DNA of 64,000 nt from Basidiobolus meristosporus CBS 931.73 (lineage: Eukaryota > Fungi > Basidiobolomycota): the NCBI GenBank assembly GCA_002104905.1, contig MCFE01000193.1, positions 62,001-126,000 on the forward strand. The letters run 5' to 3'. The position numbers and the translations under genes were made by a program. Of this stretch, positions 49,941-62,365 are shown piece after piece. The notes beneath the pieces were generated by a model, which saw nothing but the letters and a program-made list of their open reading frames with translations, ran no database searches and was not told the origin of the DNA. Every line of letters starts with the position of its first letter. Within the stretch, counting starts at the first letter, position 1.

Positions 49941-50126
49941 ATGGAATACGAAGGAAAGAACCCCGGAAATGTCGAAGGAGGACTCAAGGCTGCCGCTCAC
50001 AATCCCAACGTCTCAGCCGAGAAGCAACAGGAGTCACTAGAAAAGGCATCTCAGATCCATGAAGAGCGTACAGGCGAGCCGTTGAAGGATCAAACTATTC
50101 AAAAGGAATCCAAGGATTCAAAATAA
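49941..50126 (+). CDS. Con-6-like protein, copy 6
   Basis: Intact 61-aa ORF. Confidence 0.85.
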   Translation: MEYEGKNPGNVEGGLKAAAHNPNVSAEKQQESLEKASQIHEERTGEPLKDQTIQKESKDSK

Positions 50127-50807
50127 AGACAAGGCACGCTCCAATGCGCATGCTGATTATTGTTGCAAACCTTGTCATTGAATATGTATAAATCCATTAA
50201 GTGGTCGGATTCCACACATTCATGTGGGCCTTGCATAATTCATCCTTAGTCCACCCACCATTATAACATAACAGAGTTGCGAGAATTCGAGATTTGTCAA
50301 GCACCTAAATCTCAGTATCTGATTACGAAAGCGAGAATGCAAGCAAAATACGAACTTGCATATCAAGTATAAAGAATAATCGTGTTGAGGTGTGAATTTA
50401 AGCCATTGTTGAAGCACTGATCCTATACGTACGAATGTGTGTAGTCAAGCTCAGATGGATAAGAAAGCAACAGAAAAAAAAGGCGACTGACTTGTCAATA
50501 GGACTAATATGTTACCACACTTCAGGCCAGACGCGACATTCTTATTGATTGTGGATGTCGATCGTACATTGTGTATCAGACAAATCTGATCATACTAACT
50601 GCTGTGCAAATGATCCAACATACCCAAAGATATCCCGATCTGCACTGTGGATATCGATCGAGTCAAGCCGATGGCATAATGTTGCTGATTGAGTCTAGTC
50701 ATGAAGCACTCATCATTCATGATGTCACCAGAACCGCAGGTCGAGTATATAAGTCTACAAAAGGTTTCCTGGTCTACAGAATATCTATCCAGCAACCCAG
50801 AAACGCC

Positions 50808-50993
50808 ATGGAATACGAAGGAAAGAACCCCGGAAATGTTGAGGGAGGCTTCAAGGCTGCCGCACACAACCCAAATGTCTCAGCCGAGAAGCAACAAGAG
50901 TCACTAGAGAAGGCATCCCAGATTCATGAAGAGCGTACCGGCAAACCGCTGAAGGAACAAACCATTGAGAAGGAATCCAAGGATTCAAAATAA
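50808..50993 (+). CDS. Con-6-like protein, copy 7
   Basis: Intact 61-aa ORF from ATG 50808; the longer track ORF is upstream read-through. Confidence 0.85.
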   Translation: MEYEGKNPGNVEGGFKAAAHNPNVSAEKQQESLEKASQIHEERTGKPLKEQTIEKESKDSK

Positions 50994-53459
50994 AACTCAG
51001 ATACACTACGAAGTGTACATTGAAATCTCAGTTGCCATTTCGCTTGTGTCTTGACCAGAGAGGCTGGCTTTCGCCCACAAAAGAAATGGGAGGCTTGAAC
51101 CAGTAGGGAACAATAGAATGATGAAATCACTTGTCTAGTGCTCAATCAAGCCGAAGTGCCTTCGAGTTCCCAGAACAATGGAGCACTAAAATATGAGCAA
51201 CTCTCACCTGTCTGATTGTGTACTCGGAGTTTAGTGAGGTACAACTATAATGCATTCGAGTGTGAATGCAGCTGCTCATGGTAACCATGGAAGGTGAAGG
51301 CCCTGGTGGGGCAATTACTTGGCGTTTAAGTCAGGGAGAGTAGGTTATCGCAGATGGAAACTCTCACTCAACATATGTATAAACACGCTCTAGGCAATCA
51401 TTCCATTGACTACAGATAGAGGTGAAACCACGTGCTTGGTGGGTTTTAAACTTTCATCTTCGGCGATACCTGAGTAGTTTTCTAAACGGCATATCGGTGG
51501 TATGATCCTCAATAAAAGGTGGCCTTGAGGAGTACTCCGAATTCTGAGCATCTGCTGATCCACATGACTTTTGTAGCCTGCTTAGGTTACGGACCAGGAT
51601 GGTACTGGGTTCATCACCCGATACCTTAATATCCAACTCCGTGTGTTTATCTTAAATCTCCTACCCTTCCAGGATGTATGTTTTCTTCTGGTGGTCAGGA
51701 GATCGATTACGCCAATTCGCTTTTTTTGCGGGGGGGGTTGTCATATGGGAGAAGAGTGTGTCTCGGCAATGTGGTTGCTGATGAGATTTACTCGTTTTCG
51801 GTCTTGTTCATCAAATTTTGACAAGCTAACCACAGACCTACCCCCTGCTATGCAAGCTGCATCGATGGTGAAAGTCGACTAGGCTCTTCAAACAAGGTGG
51901 GAAGTGACATCTGGTGGGATGGTGGAATATGCTGGAGTAGATGGGGCAGATTATTACCTGCATCGCAGTAGATAGCACTCGGCTATTAGCCTAGAACGGT
52001 TTCGACATCCTCCAGCAATAGCATATCCTGATCTAAACAATATTCTCCCTGGAATCGTGTCTACCAGGCTATGTGCACAGCATGCAAGGATCCATTTTTT
52101 TCGCCAGAACGTGGCGGCGGGTCCTGTGATGGAATCAAAGAACGGTTCAATTTCCCGAGATCTGTGTCGTTGTAATTGGATTTCTCGGTGCCAGCCAACA
52201 ACCACATTGTTTCAATTTCTGTGCGATGCGAAATGCATCTCCCAATTACAGGAACGGATGCGTTGCAATTTCCCCTGGAAACTGGGTCCTGATAGGTGGG
52301 CCCGCTAGATCGGAGCTGGCTAAGGAATCTACATATCCGATTCGGATCCGATCGTATCGCGCGCAAATCAGTGTCATGATGGATGAAGGTGGGTCTCGTG
52401 AGTGAGTTCTGATGATTCGACAAGTAGGCGTTCTAAGAATGTGGAAGCAGGTTCAAGATAGGAAGTAATGTGCGCTGGGTTAAGTATTATTACCTGTAAC
52501 CATGTTTGGTAAAGGCAATGATGGTAAGTTTTTATATCGAACTGGGTGGCCTATACGAAGGTAAATTTCACTCGGGTACTCCTACGTAATGTTGACTGTC
52601 GAATGTGTTGCTCGCTTGCTGGAATTTTGGGTGGTAATGTTTCCGCTTTGCACTTTTGAAGACTTCATGTGCTACAGGGAATCAAATTGTATTGCTGATG
52701 ATCACTGAGAACGCAGAACATATGTGCTGTAGACTGGGGTTATGGTCCCTGTATCTGCATGCGGGCAATACGAGGAGATAGTAGGATACATAGACTCCAT
52801 CACACAAGAAATTCCCAAACATGAAGCCAATTGATGGGAATTCAGTCCGTTTGTTGCACCAAGTTCTCTTGTCTGAGATTAGGAAATGCTGGGTCTAGGA
52901 TGATTTGTATGTGATTGCTCAACACTAGCGAGAAGAGGCATTTGAGATATGGATTCATCACCGTTTAGGCCTTATTCGAGCCACGTATAGACACTTAGTG
53001 TGACGCTTGAGTTGACACACACTTGACACTTCATAGTTCAGTGTTACCCAAAGTGAAAATGTAAGGGTCGATCTACTCAGTCAGGGCCAATAGCTAGCCA
53101 GAGCACGTGACGAAGCTACATGGTAAATGAGTCTCGACCAAATAAGTGGCACCATCGATTCCGTTAGCATCCATCACGGTTATCAAAGTGAAGAGGATGG
53201 CTACCTGGTAGTCAATCGAGTTTCCACCACCTCGGAAACGCTTACACTCCTCCGGTAATTGGTCGTCCCTTCGCCACAATACAAGCAGTTGGATCCTCTT
53301 ATCTATCAATCCAAATTGGTTAGATTTTGGGCTGGATTAGGTAGAGTGAAATCAAGGTTTCAGAGTGGGTTTCACTTCCCTCGAAGGAAATCCAGGCTAC
53401 GTTCATTTTTTGGTTAATAGGCAACTAAATCAAGCAGATGTGGTTCATTCTACCTGAAG

Positions 53460-53535
53460 TTCGGTGCACAACTGATCTTGATAGATAGGGACGCTTTTTC
53501 GGTGCACAACTGATCTTGATAGATAGGGACGCTTT
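53460..53535. repeat. Perfect 38-bp tandem duplication
   Basis: TTCGGTGCACAACTGATCTTGATAGATAGGGACGCTTT x2. Confidence 0.9.
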
Positions 53536-54391
53536 TATCAGAGAAGTGAATCTGGTGGCTCCTAAATTGGCGCACTAAACTTCGTCGCTAAGGGCGTGCC
53601 ACTTTATTTGATTGTAAGGAAGGGTGAGCCCAGATTAGTCCAATTCAGACCGCAATTAGTCCGTTGTTGACCAGGGATTTGTTGTCTTGACCAGAATCTG
53701 AAGGTTGAAGGTTAGAAATGTCACTTGATACTATCTAACCGCTGAATCATTCACTTACTGAATAGTCAATATTAAATGAGTCTAGTACCCCTGATTGCCC
53801 GCAAAGGCTTCAACAGCCTCACTTGGTTCGTGACCAGGCTCCATGATGCGTCGTTAAGGCATCCAAGATCCTGGTGACCTTGTCGACTGTCAGCTCCGTG
53901 AGGATAGAAGCCCACTCATTTTGCCCAATAGGGCAATTTACGATTGTGTGCGTGGTTTTCGAATGGTGCTGTTTATTCAGTACTCTACAAGGCTTTATGT
54001 GCACCCGTAGTGTGCTGATATCCTAAAATCTCATCGCATAGCTACATGTAATAGTATACAAGTGTTATCAGACAAAGAACCCACAAAATCATAGGGCCCA
54101 TTTTCCTTACTCCACAAGGGAGCGTTCTAGGTGGTATCGAAGCCTGAGAGAATATAGATTAGGTATGATCAGTCCAGGGTGAAGCTTAGGATTGGGTGAG
54201 TGTAAATCATTTCCATAAGCATATATTAATCTTTCTCCGTTTACTAATACTACGTTAGGATAAGTGCCGAAGTGGATGGTGGCAGATGTGCCTGGTTTCT
54301 TGACGCGTAAAAACTCCACTGTCCTACTTCCTAGTTGGCGGTCATCTAACATTATATAAGACCCGACAATCTACATGAATCAATATTCAAA

Positions 54392-56207
54392 ATGTGTTTC
54401 AGATACTTGTCTTCCAGCTTGCTCCTCCTTGGCTCTTTGGCGTTGGCTGCGGACCACCTAGGAAAGCCTGGGTCCAAATTCTCAAAATACAGGTAAGCGA
54501 AAGCGTGCGCACGTAGCAGTACGGATATCTACTAAACAAGACCATTATAGACCGACCTACCACTTTCAACCGCCAAAGAATTGGATGAATGACCCCTGTG
54601 CACCCATGAAGACCCCGGATGGAAAGTACCATCTTTTCTATCAATACAATCCCTACGATGCGATTTGGGGAAACATGACTTGGGGCCATGCGTCCTCCTC
54701 TGATCTGATCCATTGGGAAGACGAAGAAAATGCTCTGGAGTCCGACCAGCCCTACGACCACCTTGGTATCTTCTCTGGTAGCGGAATCACCAAGGGCTAT
54801 CAAGGGAAGCCAACCGTTGGTTATACTGCAGTATCGAAGCTTCCCATCTCTTGGAAGATCGACTACCCGTTAGATGCAGAACAGCAAGCACTCGCATATA
54901 CAGATGACAATGGGGCCACTTGGCAAAAGCTAGGCGTCGTCTTGCCTACACCACCTGATGTCAACAGAACCGGTTTTAGAGATCCTTTTCTGTTCCGTAG
55001 CTCGACCTTCGACTCGTTGTTAGCTGGTAGCAACCGTAGTTTGGAGAATATATACATGACCATTAGCGGAGGGACCAATGCCACCACGAAGGGAGGAAGG
55101 CTTTGGCTGTACAAATCCCAAGACTGGATCAACTGGGAATTACTCCCTGCTCCGTTCTATGGAGCTGCTGGAGACCAGCCTCTCAACAAGTTCTCAGAGT
55201 ATACTCTGGGTCACAACTGGGAGATGGCCAACTATTTTGTCTTGAATGAGGAGGAGAAAGCCAACCAATGGCATACGGTCATCATCGGGGTCGAAGGAAA
55301 CAGTAAGTACAACACCATCCGCTGGCCTATTTGGGCTATGGGACGTATCCAAGCCAATAACAACAGCATCGAGTTTGTACCAGTCATCAGTGGTATACTC
55401 GACAATGGGATCGACTATGCGGACAATTCATTCTACGATCCTGCCACAGGGCAGAGGATTTTGTGGGGCTGGGTCACTGAGGATGATTCGGAGAATCTCC
55501 AGATCCGCAAAGCCCAGGGATGGTCGGGCATGCTAACTGTACCTCGAGAGATCTTCCTCTACCAAAAGACCGGGGTCTTCTACACCAACCAACTCCAAAG
55601 CCACATAGGAGGCCTCGACTTCACCTGGGATGAGACGCAGCAGACCAATGTCATCTCAACCCTAGGCATTAGACCAATCAAGCAGCTAGAACATCTTAGA
55701 GATCAGGTTGATGTAGAGCTTCATGACTTCGAATTGGGGCATTCGGACACCACCCCCTATATTACTTCCGGAAAGCGTAGCTACGAAATTAGCGCGGTGT
55801 TCGATTTCTCCAAAGACCCAACCGCTCAAGCGGGGATCACTCTGATGAGATCGGAGGATGGAAAAGAAGAGACGACTATCCTGTATGACCCAGTGACCGC
55901 GAACATGACCATCACTCGTAGTAGATCCTCCTTGAACCCGCTTTACGCCAACACTACCCAATGGGGTACGTTCCCACTCTTATACACCGCCGATGGACTT
56001 GAGAAACTGGAGTTGCGAGTGTTCGTTGACAAATCCATCATTGAAGTGTTCGCTAACGATCGATTTGCCCTTACTACTCGTGTCTACCCGACACTTCATA
56101 GCTCAACCCAAGTCACCCTGAACCTGGCTAAGGGCCAGAGCGTCTTGGTTGAAGAGATGACCCTCTGGCCTATAACTGATCGTGCTTTTCTAAACCGCGA
56201 CAAATAA
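54392..56207 (+). CDS. Secreted GH32 beta-fructofuranosidase (invertase/inulinase/fructosyltransferase-like), ~585 aa, exons 54392-54492 and 54551-56207
   Basis: Signal peptide MCFRYLSSSLLLLGSLALA; 58-nt GTAAGC...TAG intron joins to RPTYHFQPPKNWMNDP. Motifs WGHASS, FSGS, FRDP, WEMAN and C-terminal LRVFVDKSIIEVF. Confidence 0.93.
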
Positions 56208-56624
56208 ACCAGAATATCTTTTGACTTGGTCATTCCCCGCCACAATGCAATGCCTCAGATTAAGCAATCAATTTTAGTTTACACAGGCTGTAGCGCATTT
56301 TGTGTGATTCCCTGGAAGGAATGCATAATTGCGACTGACCAAAAATAGATCGTGTCCCTAATTTAGGTGCAATAGTGGACGCAACGGCACAAATAAGGCT
56401 GGATCGGTGTCGGCAACCAGTTCCAACCTTGAACACTTGGGTCAAATCAACGAGTGACAACACAAGCATGAGATCGGACGCGCCAGGAAGAACCTTCGAT
56501 GAATTAGCGCATCACCATATGGAGGTAGATTGTACTGAACCTTCGATATTATTAATAGTTCACCAGCTCTATAAAAGATTCCTTGCTGCACCCACCTATC
56601 ATTACCACTACCACTACCATTACC

Positions 56625-57304
56625 ATGAGTTCTCAATTACGCGCCAAAGCCTTCCTTTTCGACCTGGACGGCACGCTAGTCAATACAATCGCCGCTGCAG
56701 AGAGGCAGTACACCATCTGGGCCACTAAACTCGGGATCGACCCCAAGCCGGTGGTTGAATACTGCCACGGGGTCAGAGCAATCGAGGTGATGCAAAAGTT
56801 CACACCCAAGGGGGCGAAGATCACCATTGATGATGCCAACGAGTGGGAAACTGGGTTCAGCAATGATTCAGAAGGGGTCTTCGTACTCCCGGGCATACCA
56901 GAGCTCCTGAAGAAGCTTCCCAAACACCGCTGGGCTATTGTTACTTCGGGCGTCCGTGCCATGGCTGAAGCAAGACTACGGCAAATGGATCTTCCTGTTC
57001 CTGACGTACTCATCACAGCAGACACCGTAACCCATGGAAAACCTCACCCCGAAGGATACTTGGCTGCCGCATCCAAGCTTGGTTTCAGGCCCGACGAATG
57101 CATCATCTTCGAGGATGCACCGGCCGGAATCGAGGCAGGAGTTAGCGCCGGGATTCGCACTATCGGTATCACCACTAGCTACAAGCCAGAACCCTCCACA
57201 AAGCGAATGTTCTCATCGATGATTATCATGACATTCTGGTGGAAAAGTCGGCCAACGAGGAGGAGTTTGAAATCAAGGTGCTAAGAAACAGAAGATCGGA
57301 TTAA
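56625..57304 (+). pseudogene. Second HAD phosphatase copy with a 1-bp deletion near the 3' end
   Basis: Near-identical to 43328-44008, but CCAGAACCC replaces CCAGAAACCC near 57190, changing the C-terminus (ORF ends 57284). Could be an assembly indel. Confidence 0.75.
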
Positions 57305-57306
57305 AT

Positions 57307-57362
57307 CGCAAACCGCAAACCGCAAACCGCAAACCGCAAACCGCAAACCGCAAACCGCAAAT
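57307..57362. repeat. (CGCAAAC)n 7-bp tandem repeat, 7 perfect units plus 1 imperfect
   Basis: Directly visible; only 3-4 imperfect units in the left copy (~44011-44040). Confidence 0.95.
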
Positions 57363-57661
57363 CACTAATGGTACATCGTGCATCGCAAATCCCCAAGTAA
57401 ATAGAGTCACACGAAGGCTTCCTACTGGCCGGAATCAATTTTGTGGCCAGATCAAGATTCATTGATCCATGATGAAACCAAATTAAAGGACAAGGCATTG
57501 CTTGTGCTGATTAGTATTTATCATCGGAATATTGTTCCTAGCCACTCTGGCGGACTCCAGGGTAAGCGACTCCGCTGACTGAAACTAGGCACGCGATAAT
57601 CGATATTGATGGGTGTAAAGGCTTGCAAATGGCTCTCTCTTCCACCGAGTATCTATCTTGC

Positions 57662-57724
57662 GACTCCGAAGCAAAGAGCCTCGAAAACATGGTAGGAGAA
57701 CTCAAGGTTGCTGCCCACAATCCG
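57662..57724 (+). pseudogene. Degenerate Con-6-like relic (duplicate of 44339)
   Basis: GGAGAACTCAAGGTTGCTGCCCACAATCC aligns with the Con-6 GGLKAAAHNP codons. Confidence 0.65.
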
Positions 57725-58486
57725 ACAAGAATCGCTCGATAATTTTATCGAAAGAGTAGAGCTACCACAAGGAATCTAAGGGCTCAGGATGCAAGCACGG
57801 GTGTGTTGAATAGTGATGAAATGGGTTGTTCACTTGGAATAGAAAGTGCCCCAAGTATAAGCAAAGTCGTAAAAATCTTGAAGAATTAGTGCAAGCAGTT
57901 GCTAACCAAAATTCGGACGGACATGGGGGGTTGTTGTTGATACTACGTCACTTGTTCCTCGCCCCAAGTTACAACGAATAGAACCCTTGCTGAGAGTCCT
58001 TATTTGAGCTACATATATATACATAAGCATCACGTGTGCAATATGGTTGCTAAGTCAGCTGATATGACTGTGTGGCATATGTGTGGAGGTGATGTGATGT
58101 GATGGCATGAAGAGTAGGAGTCGGACTGCACCTGGAGGAAAACTACATCGTTGGCTAATCTAGTGGTACATCACTCTACTTGTCGTGAGCATAGTCACCA
58201 CCAGATGCGAGTCGAGTTTCCCGTATGGACAGCGGATCGCTGCCCACGTCATTCTAGCTAACTGAGTCAAATGCGAACTTTAACTGAGGTTAGATACGCA
58301 ATGTTCTATAGCGGTGATGTCAAAGGGAATAGGTACTGAGCATACAAGGCTGCCTCCGTTCTTTGGCTGAAACTAAACACGCAACACTCGATTTCCGTGA
58401 TGTCATAGGAAATATCGAACGAGTACATAAACTTGGCACAGATCTCCGGGCACTGCAGAGTATCTATCTCATAACTCGGAAACAAC

Positions 58487-58672
58487 ATGGAATACGAAGG
58501 AAAGAACCCCGGGAACGTTGAAGGAGGATTCAAAGCAGCCGCGCACAACCCCAACGTCTCAGCCGAGAAGCAACAAGAGTCGCTAGATAAGGCATCCCAG
58601 ATCCACGAAGAACGCACTGGCAAACCGCTGAAGGAGCAGACCATTGAAAAGGAATCCAAGGATTCGAAATAA
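58487..58672 (+). CDS. Con-6-like protein, copy 8 (appears identical to copy 1)
   Basis: Intact 61-aa ORF. Confidence 0.85.
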   Translation: MEYEGKNPGNVEGGFKAAAHNPNVSAEKQQESLDKASQIHEERTGKPLKEQTIEKESKDSK

Positions 58673-59416
58673 AGATTTGATACATTGCTCGGTATTTACT
58701 AAAAGTCCGTGACCAGCAAGTAGGATAAGATACAGGAAGAGTATAGATGGACAAAAATTATGTATATGGTCTTTAGCTACAGATGTTCTACCTTGCGTAG
58801 ATGGAATTTTCGGTTAGCGTGGCATATAAGTCGAAGCATGAGATATCAGCCTTTGCCAGCAAAACTACCGGGATTAGGGAACATCGAAATATTATTGATC
58901 ACTTGTGTAACGCTTGAATCAGCAAAATACTGGTGTAATTTGGGTTCGGTACGTTGCAAACATATGGTGTTCCAATGGGTATATCAATATTATATGTCAA
59001 GACATTACTAGTGCGATCACTTTGCATATATGTAAATGAGAGAAGGATGTTGCTGATATAAAACGAGGAATATTAAGAGAAGTATGAAATACAACATTCA
59101 AGTGTAGTTATGACCGAATGTACGGTTGTGATAAGAGTGGAGTGTCGTCTATAGAGACTAGCTGATTTTTCCTGTTACATCTATTCATCAACCACGTACC
59201 AATTTCTCCCAATCTCAGTGATCCTTCGATCTGGTGGGTGGTGACATGACCCTGCTGTGTTCCGCAGTCATCGCGATTTGTGCACTAGAGATCGATCAGT
59301 GCAAATACCGTGGAAAAACACTGGACATTGATAACATAAGGAGTAAGGCTCGTGTATATAAGCTTATCAAAGGTACTTTCTTCCGTAGATCGTTTCTCTA
59401 ATAACTCAAAAGCACC

Positions 59417-59602
59417 ATGGAATACGAAGGAAAGAACCCCGGAAATGTTGAAGGTGGACTCAAGGCTGCCGCTCACAATCCCAACGTCTCAGCCGAGAAG
59501 CAACAGGAGTCACTGGATAAGGCATCCCAGATCCATGAAGAGCGTACAGGCGAGCCGTTGAAGGATCAAACTATTCAAAAGGAGTCTAAGGATTCAAAAT
59601 AA
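59417..59602 (+). CDS. Con-6-like protein, copy 9
   Basis: Intact 61-aa ORF. Confidence 0.85.
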   Translation: MEYEGKNPGNVEGGLKAAAHNPNVSAEKQQESLDKASQIHEERTGEPLKDQTIQKESKDSK

Positions 59603-60340
59603 AGACAGACACACTTCGAAGCGTATGCTGATTAATGAAAGAACTTGGGTCAATATTGGCAATGCTAACCTTCCTAATTACCAAAAAAATAGAGTCGTAA
59701 CTGGAAATAGCAGTCTTGCCAAAGAGGGGAATTCATTGAAAGGGGTTCAGTAGGGTTCTGGAGACGTAGGCTCCTCGATCATAAGATGGATGCAACTCAA
59801 CGGATATTTTACGAATCCTTTCAAACCTCTGGGTCTTATAATTAACAATGTCCAAGCGGGTGCCTGGGACAAAAAAGTACGCCAATATCGTGTAGATATG
59901 AGGAATAATCGTGCTGAAGTATAGGCAAGTATTCACACATGTAGTCAAGTACCAATTAGGTGAAAGATATTATTCTCAATGCCATATTTATAGAGATGAA
60001 TAATGCACCAATGGGGTGCAGAAATCAATCATACTTTGGACCAGATGCGGCATTCTTATTTATTATTTCCGTTTATTGTACTTGTTGACCTCGATCATGC
60101 ATCGCGTCTTAGTCAGATCTGATCAGACAAACCGTTGCGTAAATGATCGAACATGCCCAAACCTATTCCTATCTGCACTGTGGATATCGATCGAGTCAAG
60201 CCGATGGCATAATGTTGCTGATTCAGTCTAGTCACGAAGCAGTCACCATTCATGATGTCACTAGGACCATAGGCCGAGTATATAAGTTTACCAAAGGTTT
60301 CCTGGTCTACAGAATATCTATCCAGCAACCCAGAAACACC

Positions 60341-60526
60341 ATGGAATACGAAGGAAAGAACCCCGGAAATGTTGAAGGAGGACTCAAGGCCGCCGCGCAC
60401 AACCCCAACGTCTCAGCCGAGAAGCAACAAGAGTCACTAGAGAAGGCATCGCAGATTCACGAAGAGCGTACCGGCAAGCCGCTTAAGGAGCAGACCATTG
60501 AAAAGGAATCCAAGCATTCAAAATAA
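60341..60526 (+). CDS. Con-6-like protein, copy 10
   Basis: Intact 61-aa ORF ending KHSK. Confidence 0.85.
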   Translation: MEYEGKNPGNVEGGLKAAAHNPNVSAEKQQESLEKASQIHEERTGKPLKEQTIEKESKHSK

Positions 60527-61481
60527 AGATCGAACACGCTCTCTTATATGAATTGAAAACGCGAATCCCTATAATGTAGAAATACAGTAATCTTTCATTT
60601 GGAGTTTGAAGTTGCAGGTAGATTTTACATGGAAAACGTTATGATAAATGTATCCCAGTTCGTGGAATGATGGCATTGAGAAACAAAATAGCCCAGAGCT
60701 ATCAGTCATTTTTGACAATAGAACACCATCGTCCAACCAAGGCTAAAGGGACCGAAAAGCCTCAGAGTGCCATTACTCCTCACTCTCTTAGTAAAGCGAG
60801 ATATTGTGATCGTGAACAATGTACGTGGCTTTTCCTTTAAATTTCAGGTACCATACCACTTAAAATTACCATGTGTATCCTTCATTTGTTTGATTGTGTA
60901 TGAGTTTGGTAAGTTACAACAATGATCTATTCTGATAAGAATACAGCTGCTTATGACAACCATGGAAAGTGAAGGCTTCGGTGGTGCAATCAGTTGGCGT
61001 ATATGTCTATGACAGTAGTATATCGCCGATGGGGGCCCATAAAATTTAGGCAAGTCAATTATGAAATACAACTCAGTGCAAAGCTTGGTCATCAGTGGTG
61101 ACTCCAGCTGGATTTGCTCGCCCAGTGTTTTAAAGTTCAGTAAGGTTGCAGTACTCCCTCAATCTGGGATTGTGGTAGTTGACACCTTAAGTGATGTTGT
61201 GACGTGAGTGAAGTGCCATCCATTGAGACCCTTTGTTAGCACAGCCTTTTCATCGATCGCGTTCTTGTTAGCTCCGATCACAGTGCTCCTTCGATCTGAG
61301 TGGTGATGACATGACTCTGCTGTGTTCTGCAGTCATCGCGACCTGCATACTAGGGATCGATCAGTGCAAATGCCGTGTAAAAACACTGGACATTGATGTC
61401 ATAAGGAGTAAGGTTCGGGTATATAAGCCAGTCAAAGTTGTCCTCTTCCATGCACCATTTTTCCAATAACTCAAAAGCATC

Positions 61482-61668
61482 ATGGAATACGAAGGAAAGA
61501 ACCCCGGAAATGTCGAAGGAGGACTCAAGGCTGCCGCTCACAATCCCAACGTCTCAGCCGAGAAGCAACAGGAGTCACTAGAGTAAGGCATCCCAGATTC
61601 ATGAAGAGCGTACAGGCGAGCCGTTGAAGGATCAAACTATTCAAAAGGAGTCTAAGGATTCAAAATAA
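61482..61668 (+). pseudogene. Con-6-like copy 11 with a 1-bp insertion creating an early TAA
   Basis: CTAGAGTAAGGCA versus CTAGAGAAGGCA; stop after residue 34. Confidence 0.8.
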
Positions 61669-62365
61669 AGACAGACACACTCCGAGGTGTATGCTTATTA
61701 ATGAAAGAATTTGGAAAAAATCAGAGATCTTAACCTTGACTAGTAGGAAATATTTCGAATGAAATTTAGCCAGATGCTTGACTGACATTGAGGCTTTGCT
61801 TTTTGAAGATCTCACTAATAGTTATGTGCATACCAAGCGCGAGAGGAAAAAGCAATGAATAATGGGGATATTATAGGGCTTTTCAGGAGTTTCATGGGTG
61901 TTTTGGTCGAAGGCAGGTTATGGTGTTTGATGGTTTATTACCTAATACTTCAAAGTATGAATCCAGTCTAATGATGTGCTTGGGTATCGCTGAGGGCTGT
62001 ACTTAGTAGTATCGATTTGAAGAATTGACGAAACAAACGAAATTGAATACATTTAGTTAACATTCAGGTTCTTATTCCTCGCCTGTGATTGAACTCCTTG
62101 TTACACTTGCTCACCTTTACTGTACACTGTGTATCAGTCAAATCCGACCAGACTAAATGTTGCGCAAATGATCGAACATACCCAAAGCTACCCCGATCTG
62201 CACTGTGAATATCGATCGAGTCAAGCCGATGGCATAATGTCGCTGATTGAGTCTAGTCACGAAGCAGTCACCATTCATGATGTCACCAGGGCCATAGGCC
62301 GAGTATATAAGTCTACCAAAGGTTTCCTGGTCTACAGAATATCTATCCCACAACCCAGAAACACC

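Noticed and set aside
51900-53310. Several 70-120 aa ORFs between the left array and GH32
   Set aside because: Overlapping in both directions with no domain or codon-bias signal.
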